Origin: Myxococcota bacterium
GTDB taxonomy: Bacteria > Myxococcota_A > UBA796 > CAJQPC01
DNA: 64,000 nucleotides
Direction: 5' to 3'
Assembly: GCA_036229005.1 (NCBI GenBank)
Contig: JAZAMN010000004.1
Location: 96,001-160,000, forward strand
Shown here piece after piece: positions 49,852 through 59,275 of this stretch (positions are counted from its first letter, which is position 1; each line of letters starts with the position of its first letter). The notes below the pieces were generated by a model, which had not been told where the DNA came from, searched no databases, and saw nothing but the letters and a program-made list of their open reading frames with translations. The translations under genes were made by a program, and so were the position numbers.

Positions 49852-51345
49852 TTGCCTTGGCTGACCCTGGGAGTCCTGGCCGCCTGCACGGACCCTGTCG
49901 CCGGGGAGTCCGGGGACAGCGCGCTCGACCCGAGGCTCGAACTGGGCCCGGTTCAGCGCTGTGAGCAGCCGGGGGAGCTCGCCTATGCCGAGGTCGGACA
50001 GGCGCAGGGATTGGTGCCGCCGGGTGTGGTGCCCGAGCACATGGAGGACGCCGGCACGCTGCTGTTGACCGACCTGGACGGGGATGGGCACCCGGAGCTG
50101 CTGCACGGCTGGTTCGACGAGTTCCTGCTTGTGCATGGGCTGGGCGGGCCGGAGCCATGGAGCGAGCGGCTGCCCTTTGGAGTGGCCGGGCTGGTGGTGC
50201 TGCCGGAGACCGGACACCTGGCCTTCCTCTCGGAGGGGCTGTTCATGGTGGATCCCGGTTCGTGGACCGTGAAGGGGCTCGTGGAGGGCGAGATCGACGG
50301 GCGGCTGCGCAGCCCCTCGGTGGGCGACTTCGATGGGGACGGGGTGCCGGACCTCTTTGTCCCCCGGGGTCACCCCGAGGACCCGGCGCAGCGCACCGAT
50401 CTGGTGTTGTGGGGGCGCGGCGGCGATGCGTTCGTGCTGGAGGAGCTGCCTGTGAGCCTGAGCGGAGAGGCCTTCGACAGCCAGGCGCTGGACTGGAACG
50501 GTGACGGCCTGCTGGACGTCTACGTGGACAACGATCGCGGGGAGACCCGGGGGCACAACCAGCTCTTTGTGGGCGGCGCGCACGGTCTGGAGGCGGCGAC
50601 CGACCAGTGCGGCGCCTGCAACCTGGCGCACAGCGGGATGGGGGCCCACGCGGGGGACGTGAACGGCGACGGCGCCCCCGATCTGCTGTTGGCGGGCACG
50701 CGCTACGCCGAGCTGCTGCTCAGCACCGGGCCTGGCGCTCCGCTCGTGCAGCAGCCCTCCAGTGTGCTGCCGGACCTGGGCTCCGCCGGCATGTATTGGG
50801 GGGGCGTCATCACCGACGTGGACAACGATGGGCGCCCCGACCTCTGGCTGGCCACGGGCCCGCAGAGCTACCCCGAGTTGGGGACCGGGGTGGTGGTCGG
50901 CGACCCTACGCCCCCGGTCCTGGCCCTCCAACAGGCCGACGGTGGGTTCGTGGACGCGGCCGCCAGCTTGGGGCTCGCCGAGCCGGGGGTGTGGCGCGCC
51001 ACCCTCGCCTGGGACCTGAACGGGGACGGGGTGCTCGACCTGCTGCTGGGCTCAGCCACCGAGCGGCCGCTGCTGTTCATGAGTCAGGGCTGCACGGAGA
51101 ACGCCTGGCTCCAGGTCGACGGCCCCGAGGGCACCCGGGTCGAGGTGGAGACCGCGGCCGGCGTACAGGTGGGCTGGGTGAGCGCCGAGCAGGGCTATGA
51201 GTCCCGCGCTCCGGCGCGGCTGCACCTGGGCCTGGGCCCGCACGAGGAGATCCTCTCTCTGCGCGTGCGGGTCCCTGGAGAGGCCCAGAGCCACAGCGCC
51301 GGCCCCCTGGAGGCCCGGCGCGTGATCACGGTGCAGACGGACTGA
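49852..51345 (+). CDS. FG-GAP repeat / ASPIC-UnbV (CRTAC1-like) lipoprotein
   Basis: Multiple D-x-D/N-G-D-G-x-x-D-L repeats; LHLGLG near the C-terminus; LAAC. Confidence 0.85.
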   Translation: MPWLTLGVLAACTDPVAGESGDSALDPRLELGPVQRCEQPGELAYAEVGQAQGLVPPGVVPEHMEDAGTLLLTDLDGDGHPELLHGWFDEFLLVHGLGGPEPWSERLPFGVAGLVVLPETGHLAFLSEGLFMVDPGSWTVKGLVEGEIDGRLRSPSVGDFDGDGVPDLFVPRGHPEDPAQRTDLVLWGRGGDAFVLEELPVSLSGEAFDSQALDWNGDGLLDVYVDNDRGETRGHNQLFVGGAHGLEAATDQCGACNLAHSGMGAHAGDVNGDGAPDLLLAGTRYAELLLSTGPGAPLVQQPSSVLPDLGSAGMYWGGVITDVDNDGRPDLWLATGPQSYPELGTGVVVGDPTPPVLALQQADGGFVDAAASLGLAEPGVWRATLAWDLNGDGVLDLLLGSATERPLLFMSQGCTENAWLQVDGPEGTRVEVETAAGVQVGWVSAEQGYESRAPARLHLGLGPHEEILSLRVRVPGEAQSHSAGPLEARRVITVQTD

Positions 51346-51359
51346 GCGTTGTATGACCT

Positions 51360-51640
51360 CCACCAGGGCCAGGAACGTCTCCTGACCCTCACCATGGAGG
51401 TCTCCAGGAGAGTCGGGCCGAGCGAGCGCAAGCGAGCGAGGCCCTCCTCGACCGATGGCGTACCCTGCTGGGCATGGTCATCAGGAGAGGGTCGCCGCGA
51501 CTGAGCGAGGGCGTTGTGCCCGTTTCTGAGATTGGCGCCTTCGACCTGGCGATGAGAGCTCGGACGGTATCTCGGGGCCCGCGACGTGCGCGGTGTCCCC
51601 GCATGCACAAGTGCGGGTGCTCGCCAGTCGTCGAGGCTCC
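51360..51640 (+). ncRNA. Predicted IS110 bridge RNA (boundaries approximate)
   Basis: Two hairpins with internal loops carrying GACTGAGCG/TTCTGAG (target) and CGGTATCT/CATGCACAAG (donor) matches. Confidence 0.8.
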
Positions 51641-51664
51641 TGGAGGCTTCCTTCGGAGGACGTG

Positions 51665-52840
51665 ATGAAGCACTACGCCGGCATCGATGTGGGCAAGGGC
51701 AAGCACTGGCTTGCCATCGTCGACGAGGACGACAAGGTCGTCTTCAAGTCCAAGGGCTTCCCGGAGACGCGGGAGGGCTTTGAAGCCATGAACGAGGTGC
51801 TGGAGCAGCATTCAATTGCGCTCCTCGCGCTCGAGGCCACCGGTCACTACTGGAAGAACCTCTTCGTCGAGCTGGTGGCCGTCGCGGGCTTGCAGGTCGC
51901 CTTGGTCAACCCTCGGCGCACGGCGGCCTTCGCCAAGGAGGAGCAGACACGCGTCAAGACGGACGCGGCGGACGCACTCGCCATCGCCCGCTTCTGCCGT
52001 CAGAAGCGTCCTGAGGCGACCGGCCTCGGTGACCTGGCCCTGGAGACCCTGCGCGAGCTCGTCCGCCTGCGGGATCGACTCGTCCAGGACCGCAGCGACC
52101 GTCTCCGGCAGCTCCATCGCGCCATGGATCTCGCCTTCCCGGAGTTCCCCAAGCTGGTCACCCTCGACAGCCAGCTCGCCTGGACGCTGCTGCAGAAGTG
52201 GCCGACTGCGCTCGCCTTCCAAAAGGCAAAGCGCGCAAGGATCTCCGCGACCGTCTACGACGGCCGGCACCACGTCGGGCGCGAGCGCGCCGAGGCCATC
52301 CAGAGAGCGGCCAAGCGCACCGTCGGCGCCCACCAGGGCGAGGTCTGGGCGATGCAGATCCGCATGTATGCCGAAGACCTGGAGCTCTTCACCAAGCGCA
52401 TCCGGCAGCTGGATCAGGACATCGAGACCTTCCTGGATGGCCACGACGTGGGCAAGCGCATCACCACAATTCCAGGTCTGGGGCCAAACAGCGCAGCCCG
52501 CATCCTGGCGGCCGCTGACCCGACGCAGTTCCGCAGCGCGAAAGCCTTCACCGCCTACTTCGGCGTCACGCCCTATACCCGCAAGAGCGGCTCTTCCAAG
52601 ACCTCCGACCGGGCCGCCATCTCACGCATCGGCAACGCTGAGCTCCGACGCAAGCTCTGGATGCCGACCCTGACCGCCATTCAGAAGAACCCCGCCATCA
52701 AGCCCTTCTACGAGCGGCTCCGGGAGCGGGGCAAGCCACCCAAGGTCGCCTTGGTGGCCTCCATGCGGAAGCTGCTCACCGTCGTCTACGCAGTCGCGAA
52801 CCAGGGTCATGGTTTCGTCGTGAGATCAGAAACCGGTTGA
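51665..52840 (+). CDS. IS110-family transposase/recombinase
   Basis: YAGIDVGK, LEATG, KTDAADA (DEDD); RKSG catalytic Ser; SRIGNAELR; RBS GGAGG. Confidence 0.95.
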   Translation: MKHYAGIDVGKGKHWLAIVDEDDKVVFKSKGFPETREGFEAMNEVLEQHSIALLALEATGHYWKNLFVELVAVAGLQVALVNPRRTAAFAKEEQTRVKTDAADALAIARFCRQKRPEATGLGDLALETLRELVRLRDRLVQDRSDRLRQLHRAMDLAFPEFPKLVTLDSQLAWTLLQKWPTALAFQKAKRARISATVYDGRHHVGRERAEAIQRAAKRTVGAHQGEVWAMQIRMYAEDLELFTKRIRQLDQDIETFLDGHDVGKRITTIPGLGPNSAARILAAADPTQFRSAKAFTAYFGVTPYTRKSGSSKTSDRAAISRIGNAELRRKLWMPTLTAIQKNPAIKPFYERLRERGKPPKVALVASMRKLLTVVYAVANQGHGFVVRSETG

Positions 52841-52857
52841 CTGGACCAGCCGGTATC

Positions 52858-54447
52858 TCAGAATCGCCCGAAGTCCAGGTCGTCCAGGCGGATGACCGAG
52901 TTGCTCCCGTTGTCACCGACCGCGCGCTTCATGGGGACCTCCGCCTCTTCGCCGCCGCCCGCGGCCAGGTAGGCCTTGATGGCGTTGAGCATCTCCGGGT
53001 CCAGGGTGCTGGGGTCGAAGCCCTGGCCCTGCACCTCGGGGGGCTTGAGCGTGAAGCGCTTGAGGGTCTGCCGCAGGCGGTCGGTCTGTGCGGACAACTG
53101 CTCGCTCGAGGCCGCCCGCTCCTCGGCGCTCGCGGTGTTCCGCTGGGTCACGCCGTCCACCTGGCGCAGGCCGGCCTCGATCTGGGCGATGCCCTGGGCC
53201 TGCTCGTTCGACGCCACGCTGATCTCCGCGACCAGCTCGCCGACCTTGCCGACGCTCTCGACGATCTCGGCCAGCGCCTTTGCGGTCTCCCGGGCGATCG
53301 AGGTGCCCTGGTCCACGCGCTTGATGCTGCCCTCGATCATCTCGGTGGTCTCCCGGGCAGCCTTGGCGCTGCGAGCGGCCAGGTTCCGGACCTCCTCGGC
53401 GACCACCGCGAAGCCCTTGCCGTGCACACCGGCGCGCGCGGCCTCGACCGCGGCGTTCAGGGCCAGCAGGTTGGTCTGGAAGGCGATCTCGTCGATGACC
53501 TTGATGATCTTGGAGATGTTGTTGCTGGCCTCTTCGATGGAGCCCATCGCGCTGACCATGGCGTTCATGCGCTCGTCGCCGGTCGAGGCCAGATCGCCCG
53601 CCAGCGAAGCCAGCTCATTGGCCATGCTCGCGTTGCCGGCGCTCTGCTTGGTCTGCTGCGCGATCTCGGAGACCGACGCGGTGATCTCCTCCACCGCGGC
53701 CGCCTGCTGCGCTGCGCCATCGGAGAGCGCCACGGAGCTGGCCGCCACCTCCATCGCGCCGCCAGCGATCTCGTCCACCGCGACGGAGACCTGGCTGAGG
53801 ATCTCGTTCAGTCCGTCCAGGCTCCCGTTCAGCCCGTCGGCCAGCGCCGCGTGGTCTCCCTCGTACTCCTGGTCGATGTACGCCGTCAGGTCCCCCTCGG
53901 CGACGCGGCCCAGCTTCTCGCGCAGGTCGTGGATGGGCTGGATGCAGGTGTCCAGGATCTGGTTCACCTGGTCCATCATCACGCGCGCTTCGCCCTCCAG
54001 GACCGAGCTGTCCCCGCGCACGGAGAGGTCGCCGACCGAAGCCGCGTGGTGCACCCGCTCCAACTGGCCCTTGAAGCCCGACAGGAGGTTCAGATCCTCC
54101 CACTCGACCACGTTCCCGGCGTAGTTGCCGTCGGCGTCCCAGACCATCTGCACGTGCAGCCCAAAGCGCAGCTCACCCACCGGGACGGCCGCCTTCCAGG
54201 GCATTTGCGAGGCGTCGGAGAGGATGGCCTGCTGCTTGTGGCTCTGCTTGTGGAACACCGCCACCGGCTTGCCGACGATGTCCTCCGGGGAGAAGTCCGG
54301 GAACATGCTCCGCAGGTAGTCCGCGTAGCGATGGAACATCTCCAGCATCGCGGGCGAGGCGTAGGTGATCACCTGATCGGCGTCGCAGATGAGCATGCAG
54401 CTACTGGAGTGCTCCAGAGCGGCCAAGTAAGGGCTGGGGGATGCCAC
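52858..54447 (-). CDS. Soluble PAS/HAMP methyl-accepting chemotaxis protein
   Basis: [38 protein letters not shown]; no TM; GTG after GGAGG. Confidence 0.93.
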   Translation of the reverse strand: MASPSPYLAALEHSSSCMLICDADQVITYASPAMLEMFHRYADYLRSMFPDFSPEDIVGKPVAVFHKQSHKQQAILSDASQMPWKAAVPVGELRFGLHVQMVWDADGNYAGNVVEWEDLNLLSGFKGQLERVHHAASVGDLSVRGDSSVLEGEARVMMDQVNQILDTCIQPIHDLREKLGRVAEGDLTAYIDQEYEGDHAALADGLNGSLDGLNEILSQVSVAVDEIAGGAMEVAASSVALSDGAAQQAAAVEEITASVSEIAQQTKQSAGNASMANELASLAGDLASTGDERMNAMVSAMGSIEEASNNISKIIKVIDEIAFQTNLLALNAAVEAARAGVHGKGFAVVAEEVRNLAARSAKAARETTEMIEGSIKRVDQGTSIARETAKALAEIVESVGKVGELVAEISVASNEQAQGIAQIEAGLRQVDGVTQRNTASAEERAASSEQLSAQTDRLRQTLKRFTLKPPEVQGQGFDPSTLDPEMLNAIKAYLAAGGGEEAEVPMKRAVGDNGSNSVIRLDDLDFGRF

Positions 54448-54505
54448 GGGACCTCCTGTGCAAGGGAACAACGGCACCGGAATCCCAAGGTTGAGCCAAA
54501 GTCTT

Positions 54506-56050
54506 TCAGCCTGATCCCCGTCCTCCGCGGATGCTCCGCGCGAGCGCATCCAGCCGCGCCCCAAGTCCACTGGCCCGCAGCTCGGCCTCCTGGGCCCGCA
54601 GCTCCGCCTCCGCCAGCAGCCCCCGAAGCTGATCCCGATCACGGTCCCCCGCGCGCAGCTCCGCGTTCTTCTTGGCCAGCTCCGCCCGCGCCTCGGCCAG
54701 CAGCCGCTCCAGGCCCTGGACCTCCCTCGCTAGCCCCTGCCCCTGCGCACCCATCACCGCGATGGCCTCGCGCTTGAACCCAGCCACCTCCTCCAGTCCG
54801 CGGGCCATGTCCGCGATCGTGGTGGTCAGCTCAGCCACTTGCGCGCTCAGCCCCTCGACCTCCTGGCGCTTCTGGACCACCTCGCGCTCCGCCCGACCCT
54901 GGGCCGCCGCCGCTGCCTCCAGCTTTCCGAGGAGGGATCCCACCTGTACGGACAGCTCGGCTGCACCTCCCAGAGCCGGAGCCCCCTTCTCCCGGGGCCT
55001 GGGATCCTGGGCCCAAGCGAGGAGACCCGCAGCCACCCGGTCCCAGGCCATCTCCCCGGCCAGCGCCCGCGCCGCCTCCGAGCGCGCCTGCAGCTCCGGA
55101 CCGCCCTCCAGCACCGCGTCCAGCGCGTCCTCGAGCGAGCCACCCACCCAGCCTGCGCCCGCCGCGTCCACCCGAGCGCTCAGGGGGTGGAAGTCGCCTG
55201 TGATCAGCGGAAGACCGCACCCCAGGCTGTCCACGTGCCGGAAGGCCAGCGCCAGCTCCCGCTCAAAGTGCGGCTGCATCCAGTCCAGCGCCGCCCAGCC
55301 CTGGCTGTAGCGCGCCAGGAGCTGGTGGTAGGGCAGGCGGGCGTCCTCGATGACCAGGCGCTTGCTCTGGGGCAGCCGGGGGGCGTCCACCCCGTGCCCC
55401 ACGCCGGGCTGACCGCCCAGCACCACGATCCGCCCCTTGCGCCGCTTCTCCAGGTGCGCCACGGCGCGCTCCAGCCCGGGGAGGGGGTCGATCCACGGCC
55501 AGGCCACCCCGCCCATCAGGATCTCGGGGTGTCGGCTGCGCTTGCCGGGGGCCACCTGCGGCGCGGCCAGAGGGACCACCGCACCCAGCGCCGGGTCCAT
55601 GCCGGCGAGCACCATCAAGCCCAGGTTGAACCAGCGCTGTCGCTCGTTGGAGAAGAGCACGAAGTCGGCCGCGTGTAGGGCCGTCAGGGTGTGCTCAGCG
55701 GCCTTGGCGGTCGCCCCCTGAAAGTGCGCCTCCAGCAGCCGCGGCGCGTAGAGATCCACGCACAGCGGCGCGATCCCGGCGAGCGCGTGGGCCTCCTCGG
55801 GCTGCACGCACAGGATGGCCCCCGGCTGGATCGCCTGCGCCATGCGCCGGAGCTGGTCGGCGTCCTGGAAGCCCGGCGGGTCCCCCGGCAGCGTGTCCTG
55901 CGCCCGGGTCAGCGGGATCACCTGATGCCCGGCGGCCTCCAGGGCCCGCTTGTGGTTCCCCGCCCGGATCGCCCCGCCGGAGCCCGGTCGCGTGGAGGCC
56001 GGGCCCTGCTCGGCGGGCAGGACGCCATGAAACACCATCAGGATGCGCAT
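54506..56050 (-). CDS. GT-B-like glycosyltransferase with long C-terminal coiled coil
   Basis: MRILMV start, [28 protein letters not shown]; heptad-rich tail. Confidence 0.7.
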   Translation of the reverse strand: MRILMVFHGVLPAEQGPASTRPGSGGAIRAGNHKRALEAAGHQVIPLTRAQDTLPGDPPGFQDADQLRRMAQAIQPGAILCVQPEEAHALAGIAPLCVDLYAPRLLEAHFQGATAKAAEHTLTALHAADFVLFSNERQRWFNLGLMVLAGMDPALGAVVPLAAPQVAPGKRSRHPEILMGGVAWPWIDPLPGLERAVAHLEKRRKGRIVVLGGQPGVGHGVDAPRLPQSKRLVIEDARLPYHQLLARYSQGWAALDWMQPHFERELALAFRHVDSLGCGLPLITGDFHPLSARVDAAGAGWVGGSLEDALDAVLEGGPELQARSEAARALAGEMAWDRVAAGLLAWAQDPRPREKGAPALGGAAELSVQVGSLLGKLEAAAAAQGRAEREVVQKRQEVEGLSAQVAELTTTIADMARGLEEVAGFKREAIAVMGAQGQGLAREVQGLERLLAEARAELAKKNAELRAGDRDRDQLRGLLAEAELRAQEAELRASGLGARLDALARSIRGGRGSG

Positions 56051-56092
56051 GGGGCAAGGGTACAGCACCCGCGCGCGGGCTACCCTGCCAGC

Positions 56093-58183
56093 GTGTCCTC
56101 GCCTTCACCACCGGTGCAACAGAGTGCTGCGCGCCGCGAGCTTTCGCGGAATGTGCGCATGTATCTGTCGCGGGCCCTCAACCGCTCTCTCGCCCCCCCT
56201 GACTGGCTCAGCGTCAACCTGACCCTGCGCTGCAACCTGTCCTGCACCATGTGCACGACCTGCTACGACGTGCCCGACGAGCTGAGCACGCGCGAGATCA
56301 AGGACCTGATCGACCAGGCCCAGGCCATGGGCGTGCAGGTCTTCAACCCCCTGGGCGGCGAGCTCTTCATGCGCGGCGACCTGGAGGAGATCCTGGCCCA
56401 CGCCGCGGGCGCCGGCTTCTACGTGACCATCACGACCAACGGCACGCTGATCAACACGCGCCGCGCCGAGATGCTGGCCACCATCCCTCCCAGCCGCCTG
56501 CACCTGAACATCAGCCTGGACGGGCCGGAGGCCATCCACGACAGCATCCGCGGCGAGGGTATGTACCGCCGCGCGCTCAAGGGCTACCACCGCCTGCGCG
56601 AGGCCGACCAGACCGCCGGGAACCCCCACCGCAAGGTGCTCGCCAACACCATCGTCCACCGGCGCAACCTGGAGCAGCTCCCGGAGTTTCTGGACCATTT
56701 GGCGGACATCGGCTTTGACGGCGTGCAGCTCCTCAACCTCTTCCGCCACGGAAAGGACACGCCCAAAGAGGGCCGCGACCTGTGGATCCGGCCAGAAGAC
56801 CTGCCGCGCCTGGAGCCCCTGGTGGAGACCCTGGTGGGCCGCCTCAACGCGCCCCGTCCGGGCTTCGTCATCTTGAATACAGAGCAGGATCTTCGCCTGA
56901 TCTCCCGCTACTACACCCAGGACCTGAGCCCGCTGGAGGCCCCCTGCTGGGCCGGCTGGAAGGAGCTCTACATCAACGCCGACGGTCAGGCCGTGATGTG
57001 CGATGGGAACCTGGACTTCCTCAGCGGCGCCTTCGGGAGCGTGCGCCAGCGGACCCTGCGCGAGCTGTGGGACTCGCCGGCCTTGCGCGAGCGCCGTCAG
57101 GTGGTGAAGACCTGCACCACCCCTTGCATCCAGAGCTGCTACTTGCGCCGCGACTCCGACGATCCCCAGTCCCTGGCCCGCACCGCCCTGTCCCTGGCCG
57201 CCAAGGCCGCCCGAAAGCGCGCGGAGAAGGTGGTCCAGCGCCTGCGCCCCCGAGCCACCGAGCGCGTCGACGGCGGTGTGCTCACCCTGGAGCTCTCGGA
57301 CCTGGCCCCCTGGGAGAGCCCCTGGGATCCCAACACCTTGCAGCGCTGGCGCGCCTTCTCCGCCGGCTGCCCCACCCCCATCGAGCAGGCCTGGACCGAC
57401 GAGCCCGCCTGGGATGGACTGCGCGACCGCGGCTACCTGGACTTCGGCCGCGGCTTCATGGGGCGCGAGCTGGTGCAGGCCATCCTCGACGACCTGCGCA
57501 GCGCCCGCCTGGTCTTCCCGACCCTCCAGCTCTCCTGGCGCGGTGAGCCCCTGCTGCACCCCGAGCGCGAGCCCATCCTGCGCGCGGTGCTCTCCGCCAT
57601 CGCCGACGACGGGGTGTTCGAGCGCCTCCAGGTGGTGACCGACGGGCGGCTCTTGGGCGAATCGCTCCAGCATGTCCTCGCCGACTACGCGCATGTCCCT
57701 CAGACGTGGATCCTGCACGGCAATGGCATGGGGTTGGAGGAGGATGTGTGTAGGGAGCACTTCCTCGCTCACCTCTCCCAAGACCGGCCCGCGACCCAGC
57801 TCCTCGCCGCCTGGACCGCAGACGAGGACATCGATCCCTTCTCCGTGGTCGAGCCCTGGCTGGAGCGCGGCTTTGACGCTCCGGTGGTCATCGGCAGGCA
57901 GCCCAGCGCGGGCAACGCCATCTGGATCCGGCCGCCCCAGACCGGCCACTTCGAGCAGGACACGGTGGCCCGCGAGCGCCTGCTGGAGTGGGCGGAGCTG
58001 CTGGACGTGACCCCCGACCTGGCCCCCCTCAGCCCACCGGACTTCTCTCGGCGGCGCCCCCTCACGCCCACGGTCACCTGGGACGGCAAGCTGGTCGGCA
58101 GCCTGGCCGACGTCACCCTGCGCGGCCGCCTGGGCGAGGTCACGCACCAGCCCCTCTCCGAGATCTGGCGCGGGCTGCCCTGA
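56093..58183 (+). CDS. Radical SAM/SPASM protein fused to a second, degenerate radical SAM/SPASM module
   Basis: LTLRCNLSCTMC, GGE, TTNG, ISLDG, CWAGW..C..C...C; second half lacks CxxxCxxC; start from TACCCT-N6-GTG (alternative ATG 56159). Confidence 0.85.
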   Translation: MSSPSPPVQQSAARRELSRNVRMYLSRALNRSLAPPDWLSVNLTLRCNLSCTMCTTCYDVPDELSTREIKDLIDQAQAMGVQVFNPLGGELFMRGDLEEILAHAAGAGFYVTITTNGTLINTRRAEMLATIPPSRLHLNISLDGPEAIHDSIRGEGMYRRALKGYHRLREADQTAGNPHRKVLANTIVHRRNLEQLPEFLDHLADIGFDGVQLLNLFRHGKDTPKEGRDLWIRPEDLPRLEPLVETLVGRLNAPRPGFVILNTEQDLRLISRYYTQDLSPLEAPCWAGWKELYINADGQAVMCDGNLDFLSGAFGSVRQRTLRELWDSPALRERRQVVKTCTTPCIQSCYLRRDSDDPQSLARTALSLAAKAARKRAEKVVQRLRPRATERVDGGVLTLELSDLAPWESPWDPNTLQRWRAFSAGCPTPIEQAWTDEPAWDGLRDRGYLDFGRGFMGRELVQAILDDLRSARLVFPTLQLSWRGEPLLHPEREPILRAVLSAIADDGVFERLQVVTDGRLLGESLQHVLADYAHVPQTWILHGNGMGLEEDVCREHFLAHLSQDRPATQLLAAWTADEDIDPFSVVEPWLERGFDAPVVIGRQPSAGNAIWIRPPQTGHFEQDTVARERLLEWAELLDVTPDLAPLSPPDFSRRRPLTPTVTWDGKLVGSLADVTLRGRLGEVTHQPLSEIWRGLP

Positions 58184-58189
58184 GCGCGT

Positions 58190-59212
58190 ATGAGCGCCCC
58201 GATGACCGCCTCCAAGACGCCCAGTCCGAAGATGCCCTGTCCCAAGATGACCGTCGCGCCCATGATGGAGCGCACGGACCGGCACTTCCGCACGCTGATC
58301 CGCCTGCTCAGCCGGCGCACGCTGCTGGTCACGGAGATGGTGACCACCCACGCGCTGATCCACGGCGACGTGCCGCACCACCTGTACTTCGGCGCGCAGG
58401 AGCACCCCCTGAGCCTGCAGCTCGGCGGCGATGACCCCCAGGAGCTCGCCCACTGCGTCCGCCTGGCCCACGAGTGGGGCTACGACGAGGTGGATCTGAA
58501 CGTGGGCTGCCCCAGCTCCCGGGTGCAGCGCGGCAGCTTCGGCGTGGTGCTCATGGGCCGGCCTGAGCGGGTGAGGGACTGTGTGGTGGCCATGCGCGAG
58601 GCCTCACCGCTCCCGGTGACTGTGAAGCACCGCATCGGCTTTGACGACCGCGACGCCTACGAGGACATGCTGAACTTTGTCGACGTGGTCTCCGAAGCGC
58701 AGCCCGCGCGCTTTCAGGTCCACGCCCGCAAGGCCTGGCTGCAGGGGCTCTCTCCCAAGGAGAACCGGAACGTCCCGCCCTTGCGCTACGCCGAGGTCCG
58801 GCGCCTCAAGGCCGAGCGGCCGGAGCTGGACATCGTCATCAACGGCGGCATCAAGACCCTGGCCGAGTGCCAGGCGCACCTGGAGCACGTCGACGGCGTC
58901 AGCCTGGGGCGCGCGGCCTGGGATACGCCCTATCTGTACGCCGGGGTCGACGCGGCGCTGTACGGGGATGATTGGACGGCACCCACCCGCCACGAGCTGG
59001 TGCGCCAGATGGCCGAATACGCGGAAGGCGAGCTGACCCGCAGCCCCCGCACGCGGCTGGGCCACATCGCCAAGGGGATGCTGAACCTCTTCCACGGGAT
59101 CCCCGGGGGTCGGCGTTGGCGGCGGATCCTGACGGAGAAGGGGCACCTCCCGGGGGCCGGTCCGGGGCTGTTGCTGGAGGCGCTGGAGGCCATCCCCGAG
59201 GGGTCAGTGTAG
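58190..59212 (+). CDS. dusA: tRNA dihydrouridine(20/20a) synthase
   Basis: APMM.RTDRHFR, LQLGG, LNVGCPSSRVQ, VTVKHRIG, VHARKAWLQGLSPKENRNVPPL. Confidence 0.93.
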   Translation: MSAPMTASKTPSPKMPCPKMTVAPMMERTDRHFRTLIRLLSRRTLLVTEMVTTHALIHGDVPHHLYFGAQEHPLSLQLGGDDPQELAHCVRLAHEWGYDEVDLNVGCPSSRVQRGSFGVVLMGRPERVRDCVVAMREASPLPVTVKHRIGFDDRDAYEDMLNFVDVVSEAQPARFQVHARKAWLQGLSPKENRNVPPLRYAEVRRLKAERPELDIVINGGIKTLAECQAHLEHVDGVSLGRAAWDTPYLYAGVDAALYGDDWTAPTRHELVRQMAEYAEGELTRSPRTRLGHIAKGMLNLFHGIPGGRRWRRILTEKGHLPGAGPGLLLEALEAIPEGSV

Positions 59213-59275
59213 GACCGCTGTAGGGTCCCGAGCCCGCTAGCATGGGGCATCTACAGGCTCTGATTGGAGACCTTG

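Larger units (their letters stand above)
51350..52858 (+). mobile_element. IS110-family insertion sequence (bridge recombinase type)
   Basis: DEDD recombinase, long left non-coding end, no TIR/TSD; ends rejoin as CCGGTATCT|TGTAT. Confidence 0.9.

Noticed and set aside
51342..51343. Alternative IS110 left boundary at a CT core (GGA-CT-GAGC)
   Set aside because: It would delete the FG-GAP gene stop in the empty site. The target-loop guide matches GACTGAGCG as flank, and TGTAT at 51350 fits the donor half.
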